64,000 nt of DNA, from the NCBI RefSeq assembly GCF_000143415.4, contig NW_003314425.1:149455-213454 (forward strand). The letters run 5' to 3'. This DNA is from Selaginella moellendorffii (taxonomy: Eukaryota; Plantae; Lycopodiophyta). Both the position numbers and the translations under genes were made by a program. Below are positions 36,479 through 48,400 of the stretch, one piece after another. The notes under the pieces are model-generated. The model was given only the letters and a program-made list of their open reading frames with translations, searched no databases and was not told the DNA's origin. Positions within the stretch are counted from its first letter, which is position 1, and each line of letters begins with the position of its first letter.

Positions 36479-36652
36479 TGTGAGGGCCAAGTGTACGGCT
36501 ACAATGCCGTATACTAATATTAGCATAGTGGATTTTGGTAGTCGTCGGATTGGTTTCAATCTGAACCACTCGCTCCTGTATATAAACTAGGGTTTTTGGG
36601 CTAATTGATATGCACATTTCTGTATTCCCTTTCCATATTCCATGCACTCACA
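36479..36652 (+). repeat. 3' LTR (174 bp)
   Basis: Direct repeat of 31158-31331, preceded by PPT. Confidence 0.93.
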
Positions 36653-37107
36653 CTTTTAAATAATTCTGTGAACTAAGGAAAATAAAAAAACGAGCTGCCA
36701 CATGGCCGATGCTGCTGCCGGGTGAGCAAGGCCAGGAGAAGACAGAAGAATCCCTCCTAGCGTTTGGTGGATGGAGCTGCCCTAGCCATACTATGGATCA
36801 TCCAGTGGTGGAGAACTCACTGCTGTGGAGCGATCTTCAGGTTCAGCTTTTTGAGCCAGCCCAATCGAAGGAGCAATTGAGAAAGCAAAGCCACCAGAAT
36901 ATTTCAAATATTCTTGCCTCTAAACCTTCGATAGTTATTTAGATATTAATAATGCAAATATAATTTTTATTATAAGTATATTCTTAAATATTAAAGAATA
37001 TATATGAATATTCTTCTGAGCCAGAAAATTCATAGTAATTTTGAAATATCTAAATGATTCATCATAATGTTTGAACATAAGTCGTGCCATCTTTTGTTCT
37101 CTCCTCT

Positions 37108-37228
37108 AGAACAAGTGGCCTTTTCTCCAGATGCCATTCTCGTTGGAATCAAATATGCACTGCCCAAGGACATGGAGATTTGCTATCGCTGGAAATATTT
37201 TGCAACTCCAAAATCACTTGTAAGTATG
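37108..37228 (+). pseudogene. Glycosylase last-exon remnant
   Basis: 'gatgccattct', 'atatgcactgcccaaggac', 'tggagatttgctatcgctgg', 'gcaactccaaaa.cacttgtaagtat' match 29941-30123. Confidence 0.8.
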
Positions 37229-37410
37229 CCACTCCTCATGCTTATAAATCAATAATCTTGCTTTTAAAACCTTGCCTTCTAGCAGGTAAAAACAAGTTTT
37301 AACATGGTTTGATAAGCCTTGAAATTTCAGCCACTTTCAATAGGCGACAATTCAAGGCAAGCTTTAAACTCTCCTTTTGATGGATCACACAAACAATGTA
37401 AGGTGTAAGT

Positions 37411-37941
37411 ATGAGATCGTTTCTTCTAATAGCTCTTATTCTAATCTCTCACCTGGATTCGTGCTATGCACCACCGCATGGGACTTTTAGAGCAAGACTC
37501 GCTCATGGTATGCTCTCCGTTGAACAAGTGAGAAGAGTGGTAGAAAGGATCGAAGGCTACGTGGAAAATATACGTGATAACGTTCCATTTCAGGCTGGAA
37601 GAACGATTGAGCTTGTCGTGAGGTTTGCTAGGAATACGTTTGTGCACGTCAATTTACTACTGTTTAATAGAGTGTATGACGATGACGGCGCAGGTGTTTG
37701 TACCATGCGTCCAGCGCTCCAAACTCTGTTGGGCCAAGACCTACGGCAGAGTATACTAGATATGTGTGAAAGCATACGGGAAGAGTTACTGGATAGAGAT
37801 CGTTGGTACGGTCTCATTAATATTGTTCTTGAATATTTTGGAATTCATTATTTTGTGGAAGATTGTTCTCCAACTTCTCCTCACTTAAATCGCCTGATGA
37901 TCACAAGTATGCAGAGCTTCTTGGGGTTGACAGCGATATAA
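37411..37941 (+). CDS. Secreted protein of unknown family; probably the N-terminal part of a lectin fusion
   Basis: 176 aa ORF with signal peptide MRSFLLIALILISHLDSCYA; three decayed paralogues in the array. Confidence 0.6.
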   Translation: MRSFLLIALILISHLDSCYAPPHGTFRARLAHGMLSVEQVRRVVERIEGYVENIRDNVPFQAGRTIELVVRFARNTFVHVNLLLFNRVYDDDGAGVCTMRPALQTLLGQDLRQSILDMCESIREELLDRDRWYGLINIVLEYFGIHYFVEDCSPTSPHLNRLMITSMQSFLGLTAI

Positions 37942-38315
37942 AACATTGTTGGGTCTATATTACATCCCTGCTCAGTGGCTTTAAAAACACTCTTGGCTCG
38001 TATTTGCTGGGTGGAAACAGCTTAATCTCGGTTGATAGTTCTTATAGGTTGACAATGCAAAAAAATTGCAATCTCGTACTACAGAGTCCCAAGGGAATAA
38101 TCACATGGAGCTCGGGAACACAGGGAAAAGATTCGGGTTGCTGCTTAACCCTGCTAGTTGATGGCAAATTGGTGATTGTTGGATCTAGAGGGGAGGTGTG
38201 GTCCAGCAAAAAGAGCTCCATCCGAAACAAGTTTTATGCTCTTGTGATTGAGAATCTTGGTTACTTGGCCATTTACAGAACAGACACTGCCACACTTATT
38301 TGGAGATCTTTTTAG
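37863..38315 (+). CDS. Bulb-type (GNA/B-) lectin domain, out of frame with the upstream ORF
   Basis: 'L..GNSL.S...YRLTMQKNCNLVL..WSSGT..CCLTLLVDGKLVI..VWSS..LVIENLGYLAIY..IW' three-subdomain beta-prism pattern. Confidence 0.75.
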   Translation: MFSNFSSLKSPDDHKYAELLGVDSDIKHCWVYITSLLSGFKNTLGSYLLGGNSLISVDSSYRLTMQKNCNLVLQSPKGIITWSSGTQGKDSGCCLTLLVDGKLVIVGSRGEVWSSKKSSIRNKFYALVIENLGYLAIYRTDTATLIWRSF

Positions 38316-38365
38316 GGTGATTAGGGTGATAGATTGATGATACATTCTCGCCTCTGAGAGATTTT

Positions 38366-38369
<4 letters not shown>

Positions 38370-38429
<60 letters not shown>
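38370..38429. repeat. Compound (GT)n(GA)n microsatellite
   Basis: Directly visible. Confidence 0.95.
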
Positions 38430-38431
<2 letters not shown>

Positions 38432-38559
38432 TGAGTCGCTCAGAGTGTGGAGCGACTCTGGAATGGAGCGACTCTGAGTCTGAGCTTGGCAGCCCGAGAA
38501 GCCCGGGGTGCCGAGCTTGGGTGTCCCGAATGATAAATAAAAATAAAATAATTTTTATA

Positions 38560-38870
38560 GATGTTGTGGCTGATAAGCTGTGATCATTCGTTCCTGCTCC
38601 TGTATCAGGTACTTCGATTTCACTTTCAAACTTGCAGAAGCAGAAAGCAGCAAACTATCAAGCCATACTGCTCACTGGCCCGGGAAAGGTTTTGCTAAGA
38701 CATTTGGAACTAGAAACGCTCACTGCACAGATTGGACAAGCTCTTGGATTGACTGCCATAAGAGCCAAGTTACGTGATACTTTCCTTCCATATGTAGACG
38801 ATGCTCCTTGAACAGGTGGTGTTGATCTTGATGCCATTATTGTTGGGAAACCACTAGTAAGTATACGCCA
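38560..38870 (+). pseudogene. Glycosylase remnant (exons 3-6, deletion-eroded)
   Basis: 'gttgtggctgataag', 'gcagaaagcagcaaactat', 'ctgctcactggcccgggaaaggtt', 'cagattggacaagctcttggattgact' match the intact gene. Confidence 0.85.
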
Positions 38871-39057
38871 AATCTGATTCTTTTTTCTCAAGCTTTGAAA
38901 ATAACGATCTTGCCTATGTTTGCAGGTAAAAACAAGTCTTAGTTTTATTTCCTGGTTCCATGAGCCTTGAAACTTCAGCCACTTTTATTCAGCGACAATC
39001 CAAGGCAATATTTAAAGTCCTCGTTGGATGGATCACACAAGCAAATTTTTCAAGGCT

Positions 39058-39480
39058 CAATCGTTTCTTCTAGCAGCTCCATTCTAATCTCTCTGCTGGA
39101 TTAGTGCATTCACCACCATGGGGGATTTCTAGACCTTTGTATGATATGCTCTCCGTGGGGACAGTGGTACAAAGGGTAGAACATGAAAAATATACGTAAT
39201 AACAGTCCATTTCAGGCTGGAAGAACGATGGAACTTGTAGTTCTTGCTAGGAATACATGTCAATCTATTAGCGTTTAATAGAGAGTTTGATGAGAACACG
39301 TATGTGTATCTTGCATCCACTGCTCCAAAATGTGTTTGGCCGGATCCTGGAAGAGTTAGAGAACGTTTATATGGTCATGTTAATATGGTTTTTGAATATA
39401 TCTAGCTCAAACTTCCTCCATGGGATAACCAACTTTTGTTCTATAACACCTTGTTAAGTTTGATGATCACAAGTATGCAT
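39058..39480 (+). pseudogene. Remnant of the secreted unknown-domain gene
   Basis: 'tcgtttcttctagcagctc', 'ccatttcaggctggaagaacgat', 'tgatgatcacaagtatgca' match 37411-37915; ends where the TE nest begins. Confidence 0.75.
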
Positions 39481-40799
39481 ATGATTTTCTTCTCTTAAAC
39501 TTTTCTCTTATTCATTGGTAATCATATGAGTAAATTTAAAGGAGGATGAATCTGGTTCATTAAAAGTTTATCCTATCCATGAGCTGGCTTTAGGTTTTAG
39601 CTTTCTCATACTCATCTTTAGAGAGATGTGATGGGAAGATCAACAGTTGTACTTACCTTCTTATCTAATGCTTACAACACAGTCTTAAAGAGCACTCTCT
39701 ATACATAACTTTTGGGCAAAGAATGATAGCAGTCTTAGTAAGAATTGTAGTATGAATTGCATAATATTTTTGGCCACTGAAGTTTAGTTTAGAGCTTTTG
39801 CCATATCTATAAGCATTACATAGAGCTCTACTCCTCTACATTATGGACATAGTTACTTTAAACTCCACCATTACAATATATGTGTGTTATGCAAAATCAT
39901 CATGCTTTGCGAGACAATGTTACTATCATCTAGTTTGTAATTTTTGTTTTCACCTTTAAGTGCTCTAACATATCCAAAATGACCCATAGTTAGATTAATT
40001 TATTAAAACATATCCTAATACTTCATTTAAAGAAATTATTAGCAAGATCCCAGCTCTGCTGGGCAAAAAAATATATATTTTAAGTAAAAAAATGATCTAT
40101 AGGTAGGATATGTTTTTCATCTCCACTATTCTATTTTATATTGTAAATTCAAAAAATATTGGAATGAAAAGATATAATATTTTCAAAATGCATAGGTTTG
40201 TCGTCCATCTTATAGTATAAAAACTAATGTTTTATAAAAGAAAATTTCCATCTTCTTTGGATACCACCAGACATGCTGAACTACAATTGTAAGTAGTATT
40301 TAAGGACCATACACTTCCATGAGATGCTGCAAGTTAGGTTATATTAGAGATCTTCTTACTTCTCAAAAGAGCTTGATTTTTCACTAATTTTCTCTATTAT
40401 TAGTTCATGTTTTTCTATCAATCTCAATATTAAACATAGTTGATGTGTTGTGCCATAAGTTTTCATCATTCAAAACCATATGGGTATAGTTATTGAGTTT
40501 ACATTCAAGCTCTATAAGTGAGCTTATTCCTATAGGAAATTAAATTTGAAGTTAATCCTCATATATGGTGGCATTGGTAATGATAGTGCTTGCCTTTGAT
40601 TTGAAGTCCCATCATCATCACAAAGCTACAAGCATAAGGTATTAACTTCCAAAGTGTATAATTGCAACACATTCCAAACAAACTGTGAAGAAGGAAAAAG
40701 AGTAAAATGAAAGTTTCCTAGGGAGTTAAAAGCATTAAACATGGAAAAACCTCTTCATTTTTGTATTATTTTAATTGATAAGCTTAGAAGTATACCTTC

Positions 40800-43700
40800 C
40801 ATCTTATCCCTCATGGGCACCTCATCCTCATGAGATCCTCAATGCCCTCAGAGAAATAGTTGTCATCTTCCACACACTGATTCTTCACTCACTTGAAGAT
40901 GGATTTATGGCCATCCTAAACTTCTTGAGGTGGTAACTCACCTTGTGACAATAACAATAGTGGTATAAGTTATAATTTTTCATCTTGTAATTTACCAGTT
41001 TACTTCACTTATCCAACTATCTTTGTGTTAGCTATAATTAAGTTCCCTCACCAAAGTCCACTCTTATTGTAACCAACTTTTCATTACATGAATAATATAG
41101 TGTTAGCCATTTCTCCATAGATTCCCAAACTTTCTTTCCCGATCCCCCTTACAGGATAAATTTGACTTATAGTTCAACTACACTCTTTATAAGCATAAAC
41201 AACTAAATATACCAAACCTTTTGTTTATAGAATTTTTTTAAATCTCAAGCCTTGGATGCATTTCCTATTTCAGGATCTCAAGGAAAAGCACTCTATCTTA
41301 ACAACTCAATATAAATATCTTAATTCCCCACTTTTACCCCAAGAAAAGGCCTTAGAAAGGAGTGAAGACTAATAAGCTTTATAGCACTTAAATGGGCACT
41401 TGAGCTAAAAACATCATAGTTAACTTTTTTTCTAAGAGTGGGAGATGTTTTTTAGCACTTCTTTGATAGGTTTCTTTAGTATCCCTCCAAGTTCAAACTC
41501 ACTCCTACTAACCCTCAACTCTAATTCTAATATGGTTCCAAAGCCATCTTCTGAGAATTCTTTCAAGACTAAGTTCTTAGCATCATTATCTCTATTATAA
41601 TTTTGGAACCTTTTGCATTGCCCTCCCCTTCCCAATAGCTTTTTCATTGATGATTTCCTAGAGACTCATTACAATATTTGAATGTGGTAAGTTGTTATAC
41701 CACATTTTTAGAAGTCCTAAATGTCTTATCTAATTTGTCAGAGATATAACATTTCAAATTATCCTCTAGCTGTTTATTCACCTTTTTTATTTATTTATTT
41801 ATTCAATACTTAATACCTGTCTGTGGGTGATAACAGACAGGTATTATGCTAAATTCCATTTTGGTGCAATACTATTTTAAGAGTGTTTTCTAGAACTTAC
41901 TGGTGAATAGTTTATCTTGATTTAAAATAATTTCTTTATTCAAATAATAGTTTCATTACACCTTTCATATCCACTTTTGTTGTGGTCGATATGAAATATA
42001 CCATTTTTAAAAACTGATCCACCACTATGAATATTGCATTAAACCCTTTACTTGGGGGGAGTCTTGTGATAAAATCCATTGTAAAACAATTCAATAAACA
42101 ATTGGGAATTAGGAGGCTCTATAGTAGATCCCTATTACCTTTAGTTATAACCTATATTTCTTTTTAAACAAGCTTATTATCTTAAACACTCCTTTGTGCC
42201 TTACAAGAAGTCTATTATGACACTCTTTTGATGCTAACTTCCTTAGTTCCCTTTTTAGAATATACATCCTTGTATGCTTGTAAGAAATGATTCTATTATG
42301 TTTTATAAAACTTATTTTCTCTTCACTTGATAACTCATTTTGCAAGTGAGCATTTCATGCCTCTTTGTTTCGTAGTAACACTTTCTATGCTAATTCATCA
42401 TCTTTATATGCTGTTTGCATATCATTCAAGAAGGTTTTTATTATACTAAATGTTATCAGCTTTAAGTTTACTTTCTGACATAAAGCATCTGCCATAATAT
42501 TGTTTTTTCTTAGTTTGTATAGGATTTTGTAATCAAACTTAACCAAAGCATTAGTCTACTAACTTTTTATTCCCTAATATCAAGCTTTGATAAGAAGTGT
42601 TTTATTGCTACATTATCTATATATACTTTAAAGTGTCTCCTAAGGTCTCTTTAAGTGCATTAACCATCATAGATAATTCCTTTTCATAAATAAACCACTT
42701 TCATTGACTTTTTTAAAAAGAATATTATTAAGTGATTGTTTTGTTTAAGAATTGCATCCAACATAAGACCCGATGCATTTATTCCTACTTTAAAGTCTTT
42801 ACCAAAGCTTAGTAATATCAACATATGAACTTTTGTCAATTTCCCTTTAAAATGGACAAATGCCACCTTGCATTTGTTGTCTATACCATCTTCTGTTTTT
42901 TTTGTTTGATCTGTCAAGCGCAAACAACTCTCAAATAGTGTTTGATAAACTTTTGATAGTAGTTGTATAGTTTTATAAATGCCTTTAATTCATATACATT
43001 TAACATTACTCCCATTCTTAGATCACTTAGACATTTTTAGGGTTTATTTTGATTTGTCTTTACTTAAAAAACTTTACATTTTGCTGAGCAAAATTACATT
43101 TGCTCTCTTTAGTGTAAAATAGTCTTTTAAACACTTTATCAGGTACTTAATATGCTCTTTTAGTGTCTCGTTATAAACTAAGATGTCATCAATGTAAACA
43201 ACTACAAAATTATCTAAATATGGTACAATGATGTAGTTCATAAGTGCTAAGAATATTATTAGCATATTGTATAGTCCAAAAGGCATAACTAAAAACTAAA
43301 AACTTTTGTACCTTAATTATCTTTTCAATATCATCCTCCACTACTCTAATTTAGTAGTATTTTAACCTTAGACAATTCAAAAGAAGTATTTTGCCTTTTT
43401 TAACTTATCAAATAAGTCTTTAATAAGGGTATTTGTTCTTCTTCATATACTTGTTGAACAACCAGTAGTCTATACACATTAATATACACCCATCTTTCTT
43501 CTTTATGAATAGAATTAAAGCTCTATATAGTAAGTTGTTCAATTGAATATATCATTTATTAATAAAATTTTTAAGATAGTGTTTAAATTCCTTAAGCTCT
43601 TTTTTGATAAGGGGGGGATAGAATACTACTTTAGCTCCCTTAACCAATTTAATCTTATATTTTATCGGTTAACAAGGTAATTATATTAGCAATTCTTTTG

Positions 43701-44833
43701 GTATGGTATTGAAATTGGTCCAACATTTCTTAAATTACTAAAAGCACTTTTTTTGGTTCCCTTTCTTGTCAATCCCATCAAGAGTAAATATAAAAATGTT
43801 ACCTTAGTTCCCTCATAGCAAACCTAGAGAAAGTTTATTTTTACTCATAATACATAGAATAACTCACGGAACCACCAATAGGCTAACATTAATGATGCCA
43901 ACTCAAAACTAAAACCCTGAGTTGTTAATGTGTCTCACTCACAACCCCAAATGCAAACTCGTATAAATGGAACATCTTATTTTATCCTATGAGCCCAAAC
44001 GTAAGCTCACATAATATGGTACAAAAGGTAATCCATCCCAAAGAACAAATGTGAAGTTTTAGCACTCAAATATGTACCCACTTGGATCATCATTTTCATC
44101 TCTACATATACAACAAGATTAGTTGCATAATCTTATTGGATAGTACTCACTAAGATGTATCCTTTGATACCAAATGTAGTGTACGTGGTTTTCACCTTTC
44201 ATTCTATGGTGATTTACCATAGAAAACCCCCCACAGCCCTGCCCTTCTTGAAGAACACACACTTTAAGCTTTCAGCTAATACCAAGAGCCTTTAGTACCA
44301 AGAGTTAGTCTTTGGAACAAATTTAAAACTTACTAAATATGGAATATTCTTAGATTGTGAATTTGGACACAAAACGAACATTATTGTGTTTAGGACAATC
44401 TCTACATTCTATAGATATGCCAAATGAGCAAATCTAGACAATTTCCATAAATAGCATTTAGGACCAGAATGAGACTAACACAAAGGGTATGATAGCGAGG
44501 GTGTTTAGCAAACACGGTAAGCTATCATTTGGCAATATTGAGGGACTAATCTCAATACGCAAGGTTCTTTTCAAGCCAATGCAAAATAGAGTTAAAGAGA
44601 ACTAACAAGCCGAACTGTTTAGCCAAGTATGCTTGGCTAAATAAACACTTAAGAATTCCTTATATTCATTTGGCCAAGTATAGATGCAAAGTCCAATTTA
44701 CTAATACTTGAACAAGAAGGACTGATAAAGGGTTTAGCAATATTGACCTCCTACTGTTATGGCAGTAAGGAAAGAATATCTGACAGGAGTAACTGACAAG
44801 TAACTTTCTATACCCACAATCATATTCACGACA
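40800..44833 (-). mobile_element. Heavily decayed Ty3/gypsy (chromovirus-like) element; LTR 44175-44833; left boundary approximate
   Basis: RT remnant '[17 protein letters not shown]', RH and IN remnants, PBS TGGTATCAAAG (tRNA-iMet) at ~44161-44172. LTR and leader are inverted relatives of 45585-47100. Confidence 0.8.
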
Positions 44834-45429
44834 TTTGGGATGACATTTCAAAACACTACAACTTTATACGAACCTCATGGTACTCTTAGGTGTGCTAGCA
44901 ATGTGGCTAGAGTAAGGTTTCACCAGGTATCCAAGTAGGTTATGCCACCCACACTTGGATTGGGAGCATCAACAATATAATTTTCTAAGGGAGCTAGAGT
45001 TGGTTTTTAAACACTTCACTAAACTACCCCACTTATCCATCCATGTTTACTCTAGCCTTAGACTCTTTAATGGTTATATCATCACCCACCATATAGGTGT
45101 AGCCTCATATTAGCTTTTCCTAGCCAAACTAGTTCCACTAAAGTCCAACTTCCACACTCTCCTTACTCTACTTTTGGAACCCCCCATAACCCCACAACCC
45201 CACACCCACCCCCCCGCTGAGGGATAATCGCTTTGGGCTTTCACCCCATGACTTGTATTAGTATTCAAACTTGGTCTCAAACTCGAACTTAATCTTGGTC
45301 TTGGTTTCTAACCTAGTCTTAGGCTTCATCTGAGATCCAATCTAGGTCTTCATTTGGACTCCATTTGCACTCCATCTTGGAATCCATCTTGAACTCCACC
45401 TCAAACTCCACCATGTATGGAAGAACTCC

Positions 45430-48400
45430 TCATGTCACCAGAACAAACTTTATGGAAATAAAGTTATCATCGCTCCCACTGTCCAGTAAAACCCACATTA
45501 GACTGCCACAGAACATGCCCTCTAACATTAAAGCTGATGCATGAGTGTCTTTGACCTTGTTCCACACACAGTTAAGTTGACGAGTGTCGCGCATGTGACT
45601 TCGGGTATCGAAAGTTACCTGTCGACTAGTCCTTACGGACACTCTTACCGTACTGCCACGATGGCAGGAGGTCGGTACTGCTGGACCCTTTATCAGTCCC
45701 TCTTGTGCTAGTGGAGTTAACTGGGCATTTCGAGTGTACTTAGACCGGACGAGCATAAGGACGGAATTCCTACGTGTTATTAGCTAAGCATACTTAGCCC
45801 GGTAAGGAGTTCTCATCTCGTTATGTCTTGCACTGGCTAGTGACAAGAACCCTCGCGTATTGAGATTGGTCCCTCAATATCGCTAGATGATAGCTTACCG
45901 TGTCTGCCAAACACCCTCGCTATCATGCCCTTTGTGTTAGTCTCATTTCGGTCCCAAATGCTATTTATGGAAAGTGTCCAGATTTGCTCATTTGGCATAT
46001 CTACGGAATGTAGAGATCGCTGAACACAATGGTGTTCGTCCTATGTCCAAATTCACAATCTAAAGACATTCTATATTTAGTAAGTTTCGAGCTTGTCCCA
46101 GAGAGTAACTCCTGATACTAAGGGAGGCTTGGGGTGAAAGCCCAAAGCGTGTGTTCCTCAAAGGAGGGGGGGGGGGGGGGGGCTGTGGGGGGTTCCAAAT
46201 GTATAGTAGGGATAGTGGGTAGGTCGGGCATGTCCGACCAACCTGAGGCATAGTCTAGTTCCTACTTGTGTGCCTGCCCTTGTTCTGCGTCCGGCTTGGG
46301 TCTAAGCCCAAGTTCCATTCCATGCTAGTTGGTGGAGTACCCATATCCTCACGTTAGGCCACCGGTATGCCAAAATAGCGCCAGACTCCGTTTGGCTCCG
46401 TTTTGTGTGTTGGTCCTAGCATTGGGATGCTGGTTGCTCTAGGACTGTTCCAAGTCGCTCCGGGCTCCTGTCCCTTTGCTCCTTGGGCTTTATGCTTGGG
46501 AGTTGCTACGTGGTTCGGTTCCGTCACTCCTTGGCTCCATGCTTGGGAGTTTTGCACCGTTCCTTTGTTCAGTGGCCCAAGGCCCTGAACCTCAGGTTCC
46601 TATGGACACGTGGCATGGACACGTGGCATGTGATACGTGGCATCTGTCACGTGGCACAAAGAGGGTTTAGGTTCCGCTTCGTGGTGTTATCATATGGTAA
46701 ATCACCATAGGATAAAGGGTCAAAACCACGTACGCTACATTTGGTATCAGAGGATGAATCTCAGCGAGTACTATTGAATGAGATTGGGCAACTAGTCTTG
46801 TTGCATATGCAGAGATGAAAACAATGATCCGAGTGGGTACACGTTTGGTGCAAAGGGTTCGCAATTGTTCCTTGGGTATGGATTTGGTTACCTTGTTGTA
46901 CCTTATGATGTGAGCTTGCTCTTGGGCTCATAGGATGGATTTGAGATGCTCCGTTAGCACGAGTTTACGCTTGGGCTCATGTGTGAGGCACATTAGCAAC
47001 TCGAGGTTATGCTTTGAGTTGGTAGGATTAATGTTAGCCTATCGGTGGTTCTGTAGTAGCTTGTACCATGGGTAAAAGCAAACCTTCTCTGAGTTTGCTA
47101 TGAGTGGCAAATAGGCTAGTCCGTAGCTGTATAGCATGGCACTAGTGGATCCTTCATAGGCATGATTACAAGTGGATCAATCAAGACTGTAGGGATTAGT
47201 CTATTGGTTCAAGTAGTCATAGCCGTGCTCTCTCATAAACTTTTCTTGGATTGAACTGAAGGCAGTGCAAAAGCAAGCTTAAGGTTTAATCAAAGATGAG
47301 ATCGAAAAGAGAGTCGTTAGGGACGAAGGATCAAGCACATAAATCATCTTCTTTCTTGGAGAAATGATTTGCAATGAGGTGTTAACTCATTACTCGTGTT
47401 CACATTATGTAATCAAGAGTCCCTACCTTGATGCATGTTGGAAATGATGGTCTTGTAAATGGTGAGTCGTGGGATGGATAGCGGTGAAGCGCTATACCAT
47501 TTTGTCTAAGACTTGCTATTTGAAGACTTGGGTTACAATGCTCAATTCTTTTCTAGGGAACCTTGCTATTGCTCCTTGAGTAGTTTGGTGTTGGATTAGT
47601 TTTGAGTTTGGTCGGAAAGAGAGTGGCATGAGCTTGTCTGTGTTGTGAATAAAAGTTAGTGGTGTTAGGTGTTGTAAATCTCTATCGGTGGAGTGTGGCA
47701 TTTATGTTGCATTTTGTTGAGTCGAGTTGACACTTGATACTCACATAAACCTTTGAAGTAATGACATGGGTATTGCTCATGGTGTTGCTCAATTGATGAT
47801 CAAATCATTGTGATACTTATATCATATCCATGTGATAGTGAGCAATGTGTTTATGAAGTTGCTTGGTTATGATGATCAACCCCAAAGTGGTTGATAGTGA
47901 AGCTAGTCTACTTGCACATAGTAGCATTATAGTAGCTTTAATGGGATTCTCATTAGTGGTTCATTATGCTAAGCTTAAGTTGGTCCCTTGTTTCCTTGAG
48001 TTTGCCCACTAAGGTGTTGGAAAAGGGTTGTAGCATTCACTTGCTATGGCTTGTCAATTGGTCCGTTAACACTTGGAGTAAGTTATTGGATGGAGAAAGT
48101 GTGTAGTTGAGGCATTGACATCGCTAGCACTTGTGTTAGTGGAAGTGGCATTATTATTTTGAGTGATGAGGAATTTTCCTTAGAGCTTGATTTTCCATGT
48201 CATTTTTCTTGTTAGTGTTTTAGCTTCACATTGAATCTTGAAAATAGTTGAAGAAGAGTGTTAGTGCAATGTGAATATCCGAAGATATGGTCTCCTTGAT
48301 CGAGCCTTGGATGATCACTTTGCATTTTGGCGAATGTCGGAGTTGGATGTCGAAAGTATGGGCAAAAAGATGTTCGAGGCTTAAGCATACTATGGGTCAT

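Larger units (their letters stand above)
31158..36652 (+). mobile_element. Ty3/gypsy LTR retrotransposon with 174-bp LTRs; gag-PR-RT-RH-IN carries several stops; no evident chromodomain
   Basis: LTRs 31158-31331 and 36479-36652 (TG..CA), 4-bp TSD CTTT, PBS TGGTGGAGGTGAGGGG, PPT GAGAGGAGGGGA. Zn knuckle CWACDEVGHTYRRC, PR 'LVDTGS', RT 'FIDDVLI', RH 'DASDIG', IN HHCC and 'SDNG'. Confidence 0.95.

Noticed and set aside
18243-39480. MAG as an immunity gene for the KP4-like toxin
   Set aside because: KP4 acts on calcium uptake, not DNA alkylation, and MAG is dead in every unit where KP4 is intact; passenger duplication is simpler.
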